Assembly (NCBI GenBank): GCA_963797365.1
Contig: CAWCPC010000007.1
Span: 48,130 to 112,129, forward strand
Direction: 5' to 3'
Origin: an uncultured Alphaproteobacteria bacterium
GTDB taxonomy: Bacteria; Pseudomonadota; Alphaproteobacteria; Reyranellales; Reyranellaceae
DNA: 64,000 bases
Below, one piece after another: positions 10,394 to 19,337 of the stretch (position 1 is the stretch's first letter; the number at the start of each line of letters is the position of its first letter). A program made the translations under genes and the position numbers. The notes below the pieces were generated by a model, which searched no databases, was not told the origin of the DNA, and saw only the letters and a program-made list of their open reading frames with translations.

Positions 10394-10407
10394 CAGGTAA
10401 GAAGATT

Positions 10408-11172
10408 ATGACGCCTCTTCATCAGGCATGGGCGACCTTACAGCCCAGACTGAAAATATTGGAACCAGTGCAGTTCTCTTCCGACCATTGGTCTCTCATT
10501 GAACGCATGCATGCCAATTTTAATGATCGCGAAGCGCATACTCATTTGCCCATACCGATTGCCCGCTTCCGAGAGGCTGCAAGGAAAGCGATTTATGAAC
10601 ATGCCAAGCAGTTCAACGATGTGAAGACGGTATCTGTCGATGACAGTTGGTTTGCAGAGAAATTCGCCAACGGCACTCCCGACATGATGGCGAATTGCGT
10701 CCGTCTGTATAATGACGATGTCGATGAAATGATGGGCGTACTTGTTCCCTCAGCGCGCTATCGCAAAGGGCATTATGCGTACGGAAAATTTGCGGTTCCC
10801 GCACCGCATGGTCTGCATACTGACCATAGTGCAGAGGATCCGGACGGCGCGGGAGAACCGATCTGCATAGCCAGGATTGAAACTCTGGGAACGCACTACG
10901 CCGCCGGTGATTACAAGGCGTATGACCCTAGAACGCAGAGTATGCTTAAAGCATTGAGATATTGGATTGCCGTTCCCGAGGGGGAGCCGGAAAATATTCT
11001 GGATGAACTGTTGAAGCGGGAGACGCTTAGGACCATTCCGGTAAATCGCGTCATGCTGATGGTCGCCGGAAACAGCTCAGAAAATGCCCAAGTCACACAA
11101 CATATCGCCGCCCGACCGCCTGACGGCGGATTGCATTCGGCGTTTTTTCAGAGGCAATACAAGCTCACGTAA
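10408..11172 (+). CDS. hypothetical protein, low-GC orphan; possible HxD...H non-haem iron oxygenase fold
   Basis: 254-aa ORF. My counts on 10441-10560 give about 46% GC, below the adjacent coding sequence (about 58% over 10321-10380). Has HGLHTDH and a distal TQHIA motif. No family recognised. Confidence 0.55.
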   Translation: MTPLHQAWATLQPRLKILEPVQFSSDHWSLIERMHANFNDREAHTHLPIPIARFREAARKAIYEHAKQFNDVKTVSVDDSWFAEKFANGTPDMMANCVRLYNDDVDEMMGVLVPSARYRKGHYAYGKFAVPAPHGLHTDHSAEDPDGAGEPICIARIETLGTHYAAGDYKAYDPRTQSMLKALRYWIAVPEGEPENILDELLKRETLRTIPVNRVMLMVAGNSSENAQVTQHIAARPPDGGLHSAFFQRQYKLT

Positions 11173-11194
11173 AAATACGACGACCGCCCGGCTA

Positions 11195-11590
11195 CTACAG
11201 GCTCTTTTTGGCAAGTCGCTCGTTGAACGAACCAAGATCGATCACGATTCGTTGGTGGCTTCCCTTGCCGATCTCTTCTTTGCCGTCGCGCGCCGACACT
11301 TCGAAGTCAATCCGCTTTCCGTCGACGCCGACGACTTCGGCCGTCGCGCGTACCTCGTGGCCCACTGGCGTGGCGGCGAGGTGCTTTACATCCACTGCAA
11401 TCCCGACTGCGCTTTCGCCTGCGTCCAGAAACGGCCTGATGGCATTGAGCGCCGCGTTCTCCATGATCAGGATCATCACGGGCGTCGCAAGCACTTGCGG
11501 CAACATGGCGTCCTTGAATCGATTGGCAAGGTGTTCGGGTTGGACGCGCAATGTCGCCGTTCCTGTGGTCCCTAGCGGAATCTGCTTCAT
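11195..11590 (-). CDS. hotdog-fold acyl-CoA thioesterase
   Basis: 131 aa; pattern VLATPVMILIMENAA...VGIAVDVKHLAATPVG typical of small hotdog thioesterases. Confidence 0.75.
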   Translation of the reverse strand: MKQIPLGTTGTATLRVQPEHLANRFKDAMLPQVLATPVMILIMENAALNAIRPFLDAGESAVGIAVDVKHLAATPVGHEVRATAEVVGVDGKRIDFEVSARDGKEEIGKGSHQRIVIDLGSFNERLAKKSL

Positions 11591-11680
11591 CTGTTCGTCC
11601 TGGATCTCTGGCTGATCCTTTGCTGATCGACGTTGGGCCGGTCTACACTACGTCTGCCCCTGGCAAAAAGAGGAACCATC

Positions 11681-12664
11681 GTGGTCAGCAGGAATTCCTT
11701 CAAGTTCGTCATGCTGCCGCCGCAGACCGACACGACCCGCGGTTGGGCCAAGCGCCTGGCCGAAGCGGTGCCGGAGGTCCGCGTGGTCATTGCCGAGGAT
11801 GCGGATACTGCCGCGCGCGAGATCGCCGACGCAGAAGCCGCCTTTGGCTGGCTCGGCAAGGAGCTCTTGTCGAAGGCCAAGAACCTGCGCTGGCTGCAGG
11901 CGCCCCAGGCGGCGCCGGCTGCCGGCTACTTCTATCCCGAGCTGGTTGGCCATCCTGTAAGCGTTACGAACTTCCGTGAGATCTACAACGATCATATCGG
12001 CGCCCACATCCTGGCCTTCGTACTGGCGTTTGCCCGCGGGCTGCATGTGTTCATTCCGCAACAACTGCGCCGCGAGTGGAAGAAGAGCCCACTGGAAACT
12101 GGCGATGTCGTACATTTGCCCGAAGCGACGGCCCTGGTCGTTGGCTTGGGCGGTATCGGTGCGGAGGCAGCGCGTTTGCTCTCGGCTTTCGGTGTGACCG
12201 TGCTGGCGACAGATGCCCGCCGCACGGTGGCGCCGGCCGGGATGGCCGAGCTGCATCCGCCGGATGCCCTGGAAGACCTGCTGCCACGCGCGGATTTCGT
12301 GATTCTGACGGTGCCGCATACGCCGGCGACCGAGGGCTTCTTCAACCGCGCACTTTTCCAGCGCATGAAGCGGACGGCGTTCTTCATCAACATCGGTCGT
12401 GGCATGACGACCAAGCTGGATGACCTGGTCGCCGCGCTGCAAGCAGGCGAGATTGCTGGTGCTGCGCTCGACGTCTATGAGCTGGAGCCGCTGCCGGGCG
12501 AGCACCCGCTTTGGGCATTGCCCAACGTGTTGCTCACACCGCACATGGCAGGACACGGGCCATACCTCGACGAGCGTCGGTTCGAAATCATGGCAGACAA
12601 CTGCCGCGCCTTCGCTGCCGGGCACCCGCTACGCAATCAGGTCGACAAGGCGTCCTGGTTCTGA
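11681..12664 (+). CDS. D-isomer-specific 2-hydroxyacid dehydrogenase (NAD-binding)
   Basis: VVGLGGIGAEAARL Rossmann motif and the C-terminal LTPHMAG motif. GTG at 11681 follows AAGAGGA; ATG at 11711 is the alternative start. Confidence 0.85.
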   Translation: MVSRNSFKFVMLPPQTDTTRGWAKRLAEAVPEVRVVIAEDADTAAREIADAEAAFGWLGKELLSKAKNLRWLQAPQAAPAAGYFYPELVGHPVSVTNFREIYNDHIGAHILAFVLAFARGLHVFIPQQLRREWKKSPLETGDVVHLPEATALVVGLGGIGAEAARLLSAFGVTVLATDARRTVAPAGMAELHPPDALEDLLPRADFVILTVPHTPATEGFFNRALFQRMKRTAFFINIGRGMTTKLDDLVAALQAGEIAGAALDVYELEPLPGEHPLWALPNVLLTPHMAGHGPYLDERRFEIMADNCRAFAAGHPLRNQVDKASWF

Positions 12665-12747
12665 AGGCAGGCTGCCGCGCAGTCATTCAGCGGTGGCGAT
12701 GGACGCGGCGCGGACAGGGCGTACCCTGTCTTCGCGCCGCCGGGTTG

Positions 12748-14118
12748 TCATTTCTGATACTGCTCGAATAGCTGCTTGATCCGTTTGGCCGCGTCCTCGG
12801 TGGCCTGTTCCGGGGTCATGTTGCGTTGCGTGATATTGGCTTCCGCCTGTGGCCAGATCTGTTCGGACAGCACGGCCGAATAAGCGGGGTTGTAGGACAT
12901 CCACCACGGCACCGTCGGCTTGATCAGCCCCATATCCACCGCAACCGGGCGGTGCGGGTCCTTCGGGTCGGTCCAGTATGGATCGTTCTTCACGATGGAG
13001 GCCATCACCGGCAAATAGCGAGCGCGGGTTTCCTTCAGATAGGCGTTCAAGTTCGCCGGCTGGATGAAATCACGCAGCAACGCCTTGGCGGCGTCCACAT
13101 TCTTCGACCCTTTCGGGATGATGGTGGGGGAAATCGCCAGCACGCTCGCCACCGGCTTGCCGTCATTGCCCAAGGGGATGCCGCGGGTATTGATCTCCTT
13201 GTAGTAAAGATCGGGCTTGTCCATCTGCGCCGCGGCAATCGAAATGGTGGCGTTGGGCGTCATCACGATCTGTCGGGCGAAGAAGGCGTTGTTGTTGTCG
13301 ACATCGCCCCAGTTGATCGAACCTGGCGGCACATAGCCTTTCTTGAAGGGCGTCGTCAGCCGCTCCAGCGTCGTGGTCGCCGCCTGGCGCACGGCGGGAT
13401 CGTCGATATTCAGTTTGCCATCCGGCGTGACGATACCGACGCCGCCATAGGCGACCAGGAACTGGTGGAACAGATTGCCGGCATCCGCCTCCTTCGCCGC
13501 CATCGAATAGCCGAGGCCGAAGATGCGCTTGCCCTTGGAGCGCAGCTTGTCCTGCACGGTCTGGAAAAAATCGTAGAATTTGTCCTGCGTGCCCGGCATG
13601 TCGGTCGCGGCAAAGCCGGCCTCCTCCAACAACGGCAGCCAGACCGATACCAGCAGCGAGGAGCCTTTGGTCGGCACGCCGTAATACGAAGATTTCTTTT
13701 GCTTGGCGTTATAGAGGCGCGCACTGATCAGCGCGGTTTCGGTGAACTCGGCCTTCTGGGAGTCCACAACATCGGAGACATCCTCCAACTGATCGTTCCA
13801 TGCCGCGCGTGGCACCAGGAAGCGGTCGCCGGTGACGGTGTGCACCACATCCGGCACGTCGCCCACCTGCATGCCGGCGATCAGCTTGGTGATCACATCC
13901 GGCCCGTTCATGATGGTCAAATTGACCTTGGTGTTGCTGCGCTTTTCCCAGTCCGCCATCCAGGCGATCACGGCATCGTTTTCGGCCTTGTAGAAACCCT
14001 GGGTCCACCAGACCGTGAGCTCCCCGGCCGCCTTGGCGCGGCGCGGCATCAGGCCGGTCCCCGCCGCGACCGCGGCACCCACGCCGCCCAATGCCCGCCG
14101 CCGTGAAATGCGCTTCAT
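12748..14118 (-). CDS. ABC transporter substrate-binding protein (family 1, sugar-type) with Tat-like signal
   Basis: Internal ATG at 14116-14118. MKRISRRRALGGVGAAVAAG twin-arginine leader. Confidence 0.85.
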   Translation of the reverse strand: MKRISRRRALGGVGAAVAAGTGLMPRRAKAAGELTVWWTQGFYKAENDAVIAWMADWEKRSNTKVNLTIMNGPDVITKLIAGMQVGDVPDVVHTVTGDRFLVPRAAWNDQLEDVSDVVDSQKAEFTETALISARLYNAKQKKSSYYGVPTKGSSLLVSVWLPLLEEAGFAATDMPGTQDKFYDFFQTVQDKLRSKGKRIFGLGYSMAAKEADAGNLFHQFLVAYGGVGIVTPDGKLNIDDPAVRQAATTTLERLTTPFKKGYVPPGSINWGDVDNNNAFFARQIVMTPNATISIAAAQMDKPDLYYKEINTRGIPLGNDGKPVASVLAISPTIIPKGSKNVDAAKALLRDFIQPANLNAYLKETRARYLPVMASIVKNDPYWTDPKDPHRPVAVDMGLIKPTVPWWMSYNPAYSAVLSEQIWPQAEANITQRNMTPEQATEDAAKRIKQLFEQYQK

Positions 14119-14153
14119 CTTGTTTTTCTCCCCCGACGCCGTTGGCGCCGCCT

Positions 14154-15005
14154 TCAACCTTTGACCCCGCCCATGGTCAGACCGCCGCTCATCTTGCGGC
14201 GGAAACCGTAGTAGATGAGCAAGGGCGGAATGGCGTAGATGATTGCCGCCGCCATCAGATAATTCCAGGGCGCCTCGTCCCCCACCAGGAATTTGCCGAG
14301 TGCCACCGGCACGGTGACGACTTTGCCGCCCGACAGCAGCAGGAACGCATAGAGATATTCGTTCCATGACAGCAGCAGCGCATAGGTGCCGATCGCTACC
14401 AGGGCGGGGGCCATCAGCGGCAGATAGATGCGGAAGAAGATTTGCGGCGGCGAGGCACCGTCGATGCGCGCCGCCTCATCCAGTTCGAACGGGATCGAGG
14501 CGCCGTATTGCTGGAAAATGAAAATCGCATAGGGCGTGGCGAAGGTCACTTCAACCGCGATCACCGCGAGCGGATTGTTGGTCAGGCCATATTTGCCCAT
14601 GATGCCGTAGAAAGGGATGGCCAGGAACGACATCGGGATCACATAGGTCAGCAGCGCCGCATTGGTCAGCATCCAGCCGCTGCGGATGCGCATCCGGCTG
14701 ATGGTGAAACTGGTCAGGGACCCGATGGCCAGGGTCAATAACGCGACAACGATACCAATATAGAAACTGTTGCCCATCTGGTTCCAGAATGTCTCCAGCA
14801 GCCAGAAGGCCTGGTGGAACACGACGCTGAACGCATGCGGGCTGGGCGCGATCGGGTAGACGGAGGTGCTGAGCACTTCCTCCTTTTCCTGCATCGACAC
14901 GCGGATGATGTTGTAGATCGGCAGCAACGTCCAAACTAGCAGCACCGCCGACAGCAACCACACGCCAATGCTGCTGATAACGCGGTTCCGGCGTTGTGCG
15001 GTCAT
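14154..15005 (-). CDS. ABC transporter permease (MalG-like)
   Basis: 283 aa, multi-TM, with EAARIDGA EAA-loop motif. ATGA overlap with the upstream permease. Confidence 0.9.
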   Translation of the reverse strand: MTAQRRNRVISSIGVWLLSAVLLVWTLLPIYNIIRVSMQEKEEVLSTSVYPIAPSPHAFSVVFHQAFWLLETFWNQMGNSFYIGIVVALLTLAIGSLTSFTISRMRIRSGWMLTNAALLTYVIPMSFLAIPFYGIMGKYGLTNNPLAVIAVEVTFATPYAIFIFQQYGASIPFELDEAARIDGASPPQIFFRIYLPLMAPALVAIGTYALLLSWNEYLYAFLLLSGGKVVTVPVALGKFLVGDEAPWNYLMAAAIIYAIPPLLIYYGFRRKMSGGLTMGGVKG

Positions 15006-15910
15006 ATCGTGACCTCGCTGCGCCGCAACTGGCGCATCAGCAGGATCACCAGCGGGATCAGCAAGGGCAGCGCCGTCAGCACCGTCGCCATGCCCAGTTT
15101 GGGATCGCCCAGTTCGAACGCGTTGCGGATGCCCAGGGTCGCGAGCACATGCGTCGACAGCGCCGGCCCGCCGCCGGAGATGAAGCGCACGGCGTTGAAA
15201 TCGCCCAGCGCCCAGATGGTGGAGAGCATTGTGCAGACCAGGTACATCCCCGCCATCAGCGGCAGGGTCACGTGCATGAATTTCTGGACCGGGCTGGCGC
15301 CATCGACATCCGCGGCCTCATACAGTTCGCGCGAAACGGCCATGCGCCCGGCGAGGAAGATCAGAGTCCAGAAGGGCAGCCATTTCCAGATATGGCCATA
15401 GATGACCGAACCCAACGCCAAGCCCGGACTGTCGAGCCAAGGCGGCCCATCCACCTGCGCCACCAGCCAGACGATATTGTTGATCAGCCCCCATTGCCCG
15501 TTCAGCATCCAGTTGATGGACAGATAGCTGGGTAGCGCCGGTATCGCCCAGGGCAGCATGAAGACCAGCAGCAGGATCTTTGTCCACCAGCCCTTGCGCA
15601 TGAAAAAGCCCGAGAGCAGCAGCGCCAACAGCAATTTCAGGTTCACGCCGAATAGCAAATAGAGCAGCGTGTTCACCACCGTGCGCGGATAGACCGGATC
15701 GCCAAACAACGCGCGATAGCTGGCCGGATCGCTGCCCAGCCACAGCCCATAGCCGATCGGGTAGATCACGAAGGCGACGAATACCGCGACATAGGGGGTG
15801 ACGAAGGCCAACGCCCAGAGTTTGTCGGCGCCAAAGATACCGCGTCGCCGCGCCAGAGGCGTGGTGTTCGTGGCCGCGGCCGGGCTGTCGATCGTGGTCG
15901 TGACCGCCAT
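15002..15910 (-). CDS. ABC transporter permease (MalF-like)
   Basis: 302 aa, multi-TM, with EAADVDGASP EAA-loop motif. Confidence 0.9.
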   Translation of the reverse strand: MAVTTTIDSPAAATNTTPLARRRGIFGADKLWALAFVTPYVAVFVAFVIYPIGYGLWLGSDPASYRALFGDPVYPRTVVNTLLYLLFGVNLKLLLALLLSGFFMRKGWWTKILLLVFMLPWAIPALPSYLSINWMLNGQWGLINNIVWLVAQVDGPPWLDSPGLALGSVIYGHIWKWLPFWTLIFLAGRMAVSRELYEAADVDGASPVQKFMHVTLPLMAGMYLVCTMLSTIWALGDFNAVRFISGGGPALSTHVLATLGIRNAFELGDPKLGMATVLTALPLLIPLVILLMRQLRRSEVTI

Positions 15911-16323
15911 CGTTCGGCTCCTTCCCTTTGCCCCGCGTTCTGGCGCGCAGTGGCATTCCTGTCCGTTCGGCGAAGGCGGCCCCGTTTGTCGTGGTCTGCC
16001 TCGGCCGGTTCAGTCTGAGTGCGAGTGTGGCAACTTGCCCGGTACGACACAACCGGTCTTGCGCAGGGGACGGCATTGTTACGTTGCCGACCGAAGAACG
16101 CGAAGCGCCTGCGGCCGGCAGATTGTCAGGCCGTCGCAACCGCCGTCCGCCATGTGTCCAACTTCGCGAGTGAGACCTATTACGGAATGATCGATGCGCA
16201 GCCCAATATCATCATCGTGGGCCGTGTCGGCATCGGATTCGAACCTGCGGTTGCTTTATGATGCTTGCATCAAACTAGCGAATTGAAAGCTTGCGGCCCG
16301 CCTAAGCCAGTGGGTGCCAGCAA

Positions 16324-16353
16324 CCGAAACGATCGGGACAGGTGTCCCGATCG
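16324..16353 (-). terminator. intrinsic terminator downstream of the MFS gene
   Basis: Perfect 10-bp stem cgatcgggac/gtcccgatcg with a 4-nt loop, followed on the minus strand by TTTCGG. Confidence 0.55.
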
Positions 16354-16381
16354 TCCTGCTCTCTCAACTTTGACCCAGATG

Positions 16382-17695
16382 TCAGGCCGGCACTTCGACC
16401 TCGATCACCTCCAGATCGGCGGTCATCACCTTGCCCTTGGTTTCTGGACCGAGGAAGACCGCGACCACATACACGACCAGCGAACCGATCGTGCCGTACA
16501 TCATCGGCTTGGCGAATCCCATGCCCTGGTTCACTGCGTAATAGGTCAGCAGCGGCGCAACAGCTGCACCCCAAACCGCCCCCTGGTGGTAGACGAAGCC
16601 TGCCGCGGTTGCCCGGACCTCGGTCGGAAAACGTTCCGACAGCCAGCCCGGGTTGAGGGCATCCTTGCCACCGACAAAGCAGATGAACAGCAGGAAGGAC
16701 GCGAGGAACCACGTCGGATCAGTCGTGGTCAGATAGATCGGCACCAGAAAGATGGAGATGGCGCAGGGCAGCATGAGCGCCCAGCGCCGGCCGATCCGTT
16801 CCGACATCCCGCCCCAGAAGCTGCAGGCGAGGAATGTCAGGACGTTGCCCCAGAATACCGGGACCGCCACCTGGGCCGGTGTCCAGCCCAGCTCCTTTTG
16901 CAGGTAGGTGCCCAGCATGGCCCAGATGGCGTAGTAGACGCAGAAATTCGCGGCCATCCACAAAATACCCGTGCAGGTGTTCCATAGATATTTGCGCTTG
17001 AAGATCGCGAACAGCGGAAGCGTGACCTGCTTCTTGGTCGCGTTCTGGATCTTCTTGTTTTCCGTCCAGACTGCCGGCTCTTTCACATAGATGCGGATCC
17101 AGACGCACACCAAGGCCGGCAGCACGCCCAGGATCAGCATGCCGCGCCAACCGTAGCCTTTCCCCATGGCCTCGAGCGGGCCGTAAAGGAAGCCGTAGGC
17201 CAGCGCCGACAGCGCGAAACCCAGGCCCCACGAGCCTTGCAACACGCCGGACATGAAGCCGCGCGAGCGCACCGGCCAGGATTCCATTGCCAATGCCGCG
17301 CCGGCCGGCCATTCCGCGCCCATCCCGATGCCCAGCAAGGCCCTGGCCACGAACAGAAACGTGAAGGTGGGCGAGAGCCCCGCGGCGAGGTTGCAGAAGG
17401 AGTACCAAAGGATGGAGATCATCAGCGGCGCCCGGCGCCCCAATCGATCGGCCAACCAGCCCGACGCGGTTGCGCCGCCCAGGCGCATGACCAGCGTGAC
17501 CGAGAAGACCGCGGTCACCTCGATCAGCGGAACCCCAAATTCCTGCGCGATCGGCGCCATGATCAGGAGGAAGACGGTGAAGTCGAACGCGTCCAGCGTC
17601 CAGCCCATCCATGCAGCAAAATAAGCGTACCACTGATCTTTGGTGGGTTCTTTCCACCACGGCAACGCGGACGCGGGTGCACTCGATGCGGACAT
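16382..17695 (-). CDS. MFS transporter (anion/sugar-acid symporter-like)
   Basis: 437 aa with 12 predicted TM segments and the GWLADRLGRR MFS signature. Confidence 0.9.
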   Translation of the reverse strand: MSASSAPASALPWWKEPTKDQWYAYFAAWMGWTLDAFDFTVFLLIMAPIAQEFGVPLIEVTAVFSVTLVMRLGGATASGWLADRLGRRAPLMISILWYSFCNLAAGLSPTFTFLFVARALLGIGMGAEWPAGAALAMESWPVRSRGFMSGVLQGSWGLGFALSALAYGFLYGPLEAMGKGYGWRGMLILGVLPALVCVWIRIYVKEPAVWTENKKIQNATKKQVTLPLFAIFKRKYLWNTCTGILWMAANFCVYYAIWAMLGTYLQKELGWTPAQVAVPVFWGNVLTFLACSFWGGMSERIGRRWALMLPCAISIFLVPIYLTTTDPTWFLASFLLFICFVGGKDALNPGWLSERFPTEVRATAAGFVYHQGAVWGAAVAPLLTYYAVNQGMGFAKPMMYGTIGSLVVYVVAVFLGPETKGKVMTADLEVIEVEVPA

Positions 17696-18071
17696 TGGCG
17701 AGTCCTCCTGAATTGCTTTTTTGGTCTACGCGGACGCTTCTCCAATTGAAATTGTACAGGCGGATATTTTCTGGTGTTTGCAGGGTATTGGCAACAGCAC
17801 CGTGTGGGTCCGCAGTGCGCTCCATCGGCGGAACACTTGCGGCGCAAAAAGATTCTTCGCCTCACGCGGTGTGAGATCTGATTGTCACTGCTTCAAGCAG
17901 CGTGGCGCGTGGCCAATCCCGGCCCGGAGAAAACGCGCCGAACGCGCCCAAACTCGCCGGTGTTTGAGCCGATTTGCGCGCCGTATGGTGGTAGTTTCGC
18001 GCGCGAAAAGGCCTTTGAAATGGGCGCTGCTCGCGACGTGTCGACGCCCGCAGAAGAAGTTAGCGGGCTCA

Positions 18072-18086
18072 CTGGCGGACAGGGCG
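18072..18086 (-). repeat. exact 15-nt copy of the tRNA-Ser 3' end (candidate att relic)
   Basis: ctggcggacagggcg is identical to 41669-41683 in the same orientation, and lies in a non-coding spacer. Confidence 0.55.
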
Positions 18087-18168
18087 TCTCTTGCCCCTCA
18101 ATGTTTCCGCCACTTCAGCGCGTTCCCTGCCGCACTTCCATATTGCCAAGACTTGGCACGGCTCTGGT

Positions 18169-18402
18169 ATGGTGCGCTGCATGGGAAATCAAGGCGACAA
18201 GCCGGACGACAAGTCGAGGTTGAAGGACATGCGGCTCGACGCCGGGCGTAGGCCGATGGAGTTGCTGGTGGACTACTGGGTGCGCCTCGGCTTGATGAAG
18301 ACCACGCCCGGCGGCATGGTCGTCAACTTGGGGCGGCCCGCCGTGAACCCCAAGCGCGGCATCGTCATCCACACCGGCGGCAAGAAGCCCAAGCCGAAGT
18401 GA
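18169..18402 (+). CDS. small hypothetical protein (77 aa)
   Basis: Very high third-position GC along its whole length. No recognised family. A weaker ORF overlaps it antisense. Confidence 0.4.
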   Translation: MVRCMGNQGDKPDDKSRLKDMRLDAGRRPMELLVDYWVRLGLMKTTPGGMVVNLGRPAVNPKRGIVIHTGGKKPKPK

Positions 18403-18551
18403 TGGCCACCAGCGGCGAACCTTGCCGCCGCCGAGATCGTGCACGATGAGGTAGACGTTGCTGCCAACTGCGACGGTGCGGACCTTCTTGCCGGGCATCG
18501 GCACGAGGGTTTTGAGATTTCTGCACCGCAGAAGCCCTTGAGTTTGCCTTC

Positions 18552-19337
18552 CTAACCTGCCGCCACGTCCAGGTTGCTGCTGGCGATGCTGCTTCGGTCG
18601 AAACCGGCGTTGGAACGCAGGAGCTCGCGCGTGTAGCGGTGCGTCACCTGGTTGTTTGCCATCGCCGTCGCGGTGGTGATCTCCACCAACTGGCCGCGAG
18701 TCATCACACCGATGCGTTCGCAGAGGTGAGCGATGACCGCGAGATCGTGGCTGACCATCAGCAGGGTGAGTCCGTGGTCGCGGCGCAGGCGGGCGAGCAG
18801 GTTGAGGATTTCTGCCTGTACCGAGACGTCCAGGGCGCTAGTGGGTTCGTCCAGCAGCAGGATGCGCGGCTCTAGGATCAGGGCGCGGGCGATGGCGACG
18901 CGCTGGCGCTGACCCCCGGAAAGCTGATGAGGGTATCGGTAGCGGTGCTCGCGACCGAGGCCCACTTCGGCGAGCGCCTGGACGATGCGCGCCTCGCTGC
19001 GGTCCAGCCGGTGGATGGCGACCGGCAGGGCGAGGATCTGGTCCACTGTCTGGTTCGGATGCAGTGAGCCGTAGGGGTCTTGAAACACCATCTGACTCAT
19101 CTTGCGCTGCGCCGTGGTGCGGCGTCGGTCCACGCGGCGGCCGGCCAGCGTGATCTCGCCCGTCGCATACGGGATCAGCCCGGCGACGGCACGTAGCACT
19201 GTGGACTTGCCCGAGCCGGACTCGCCCACCAGGCCGACTGCCTGGCCCTCGGGGACGGCAATCGTGAGGTTATGGACAGCCACCACGGCGCGCGGGCCGG
19301 TGCCGTAGGCGATGGTGACGTCATCGAGCGTGATCAT
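18552..19337 (-). CDS. ABC transporter ATP-binding protein (DppF/OppF-like)
   Basis: Internal ATG at 19335-19337 overlaps the upstream stop (ATGA). Walker A GESGSGKST; signature LSGGQRQR. Confidence 0.9.
   Translation of the reverse strand: MITLDDVTIAYGTGPRAVVAVHNLTIAVPEGQAVGLVGESGSGKSTVLRAVAGLIPYATGEITLAGRRVDRRRTTAQRKMSQMVFQDPYGSLHPNQTVDQILALPVAIHRLDRSEARIVQALAEVGLGREHRYRYPHQLSGGQRQRVAIARALILEPRILLLDEPTSALDVSVQAEILNLLARLRRDHGLTLLMVSHDLAVIAHLCERIGVMTRGQLVEITTATAMANNQVTHRYTRELLRSNAGFDRSSIASSNLDVAAG

Noticed and set aside
16225-16300. ggattcgaacctgcgg, a T-loop-like sequence suggesting a tRNA gene
   Set aside because: The flanks do not form T, anticodon or acceptor stems in either orientation. 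At most it is a very decayed remnant.
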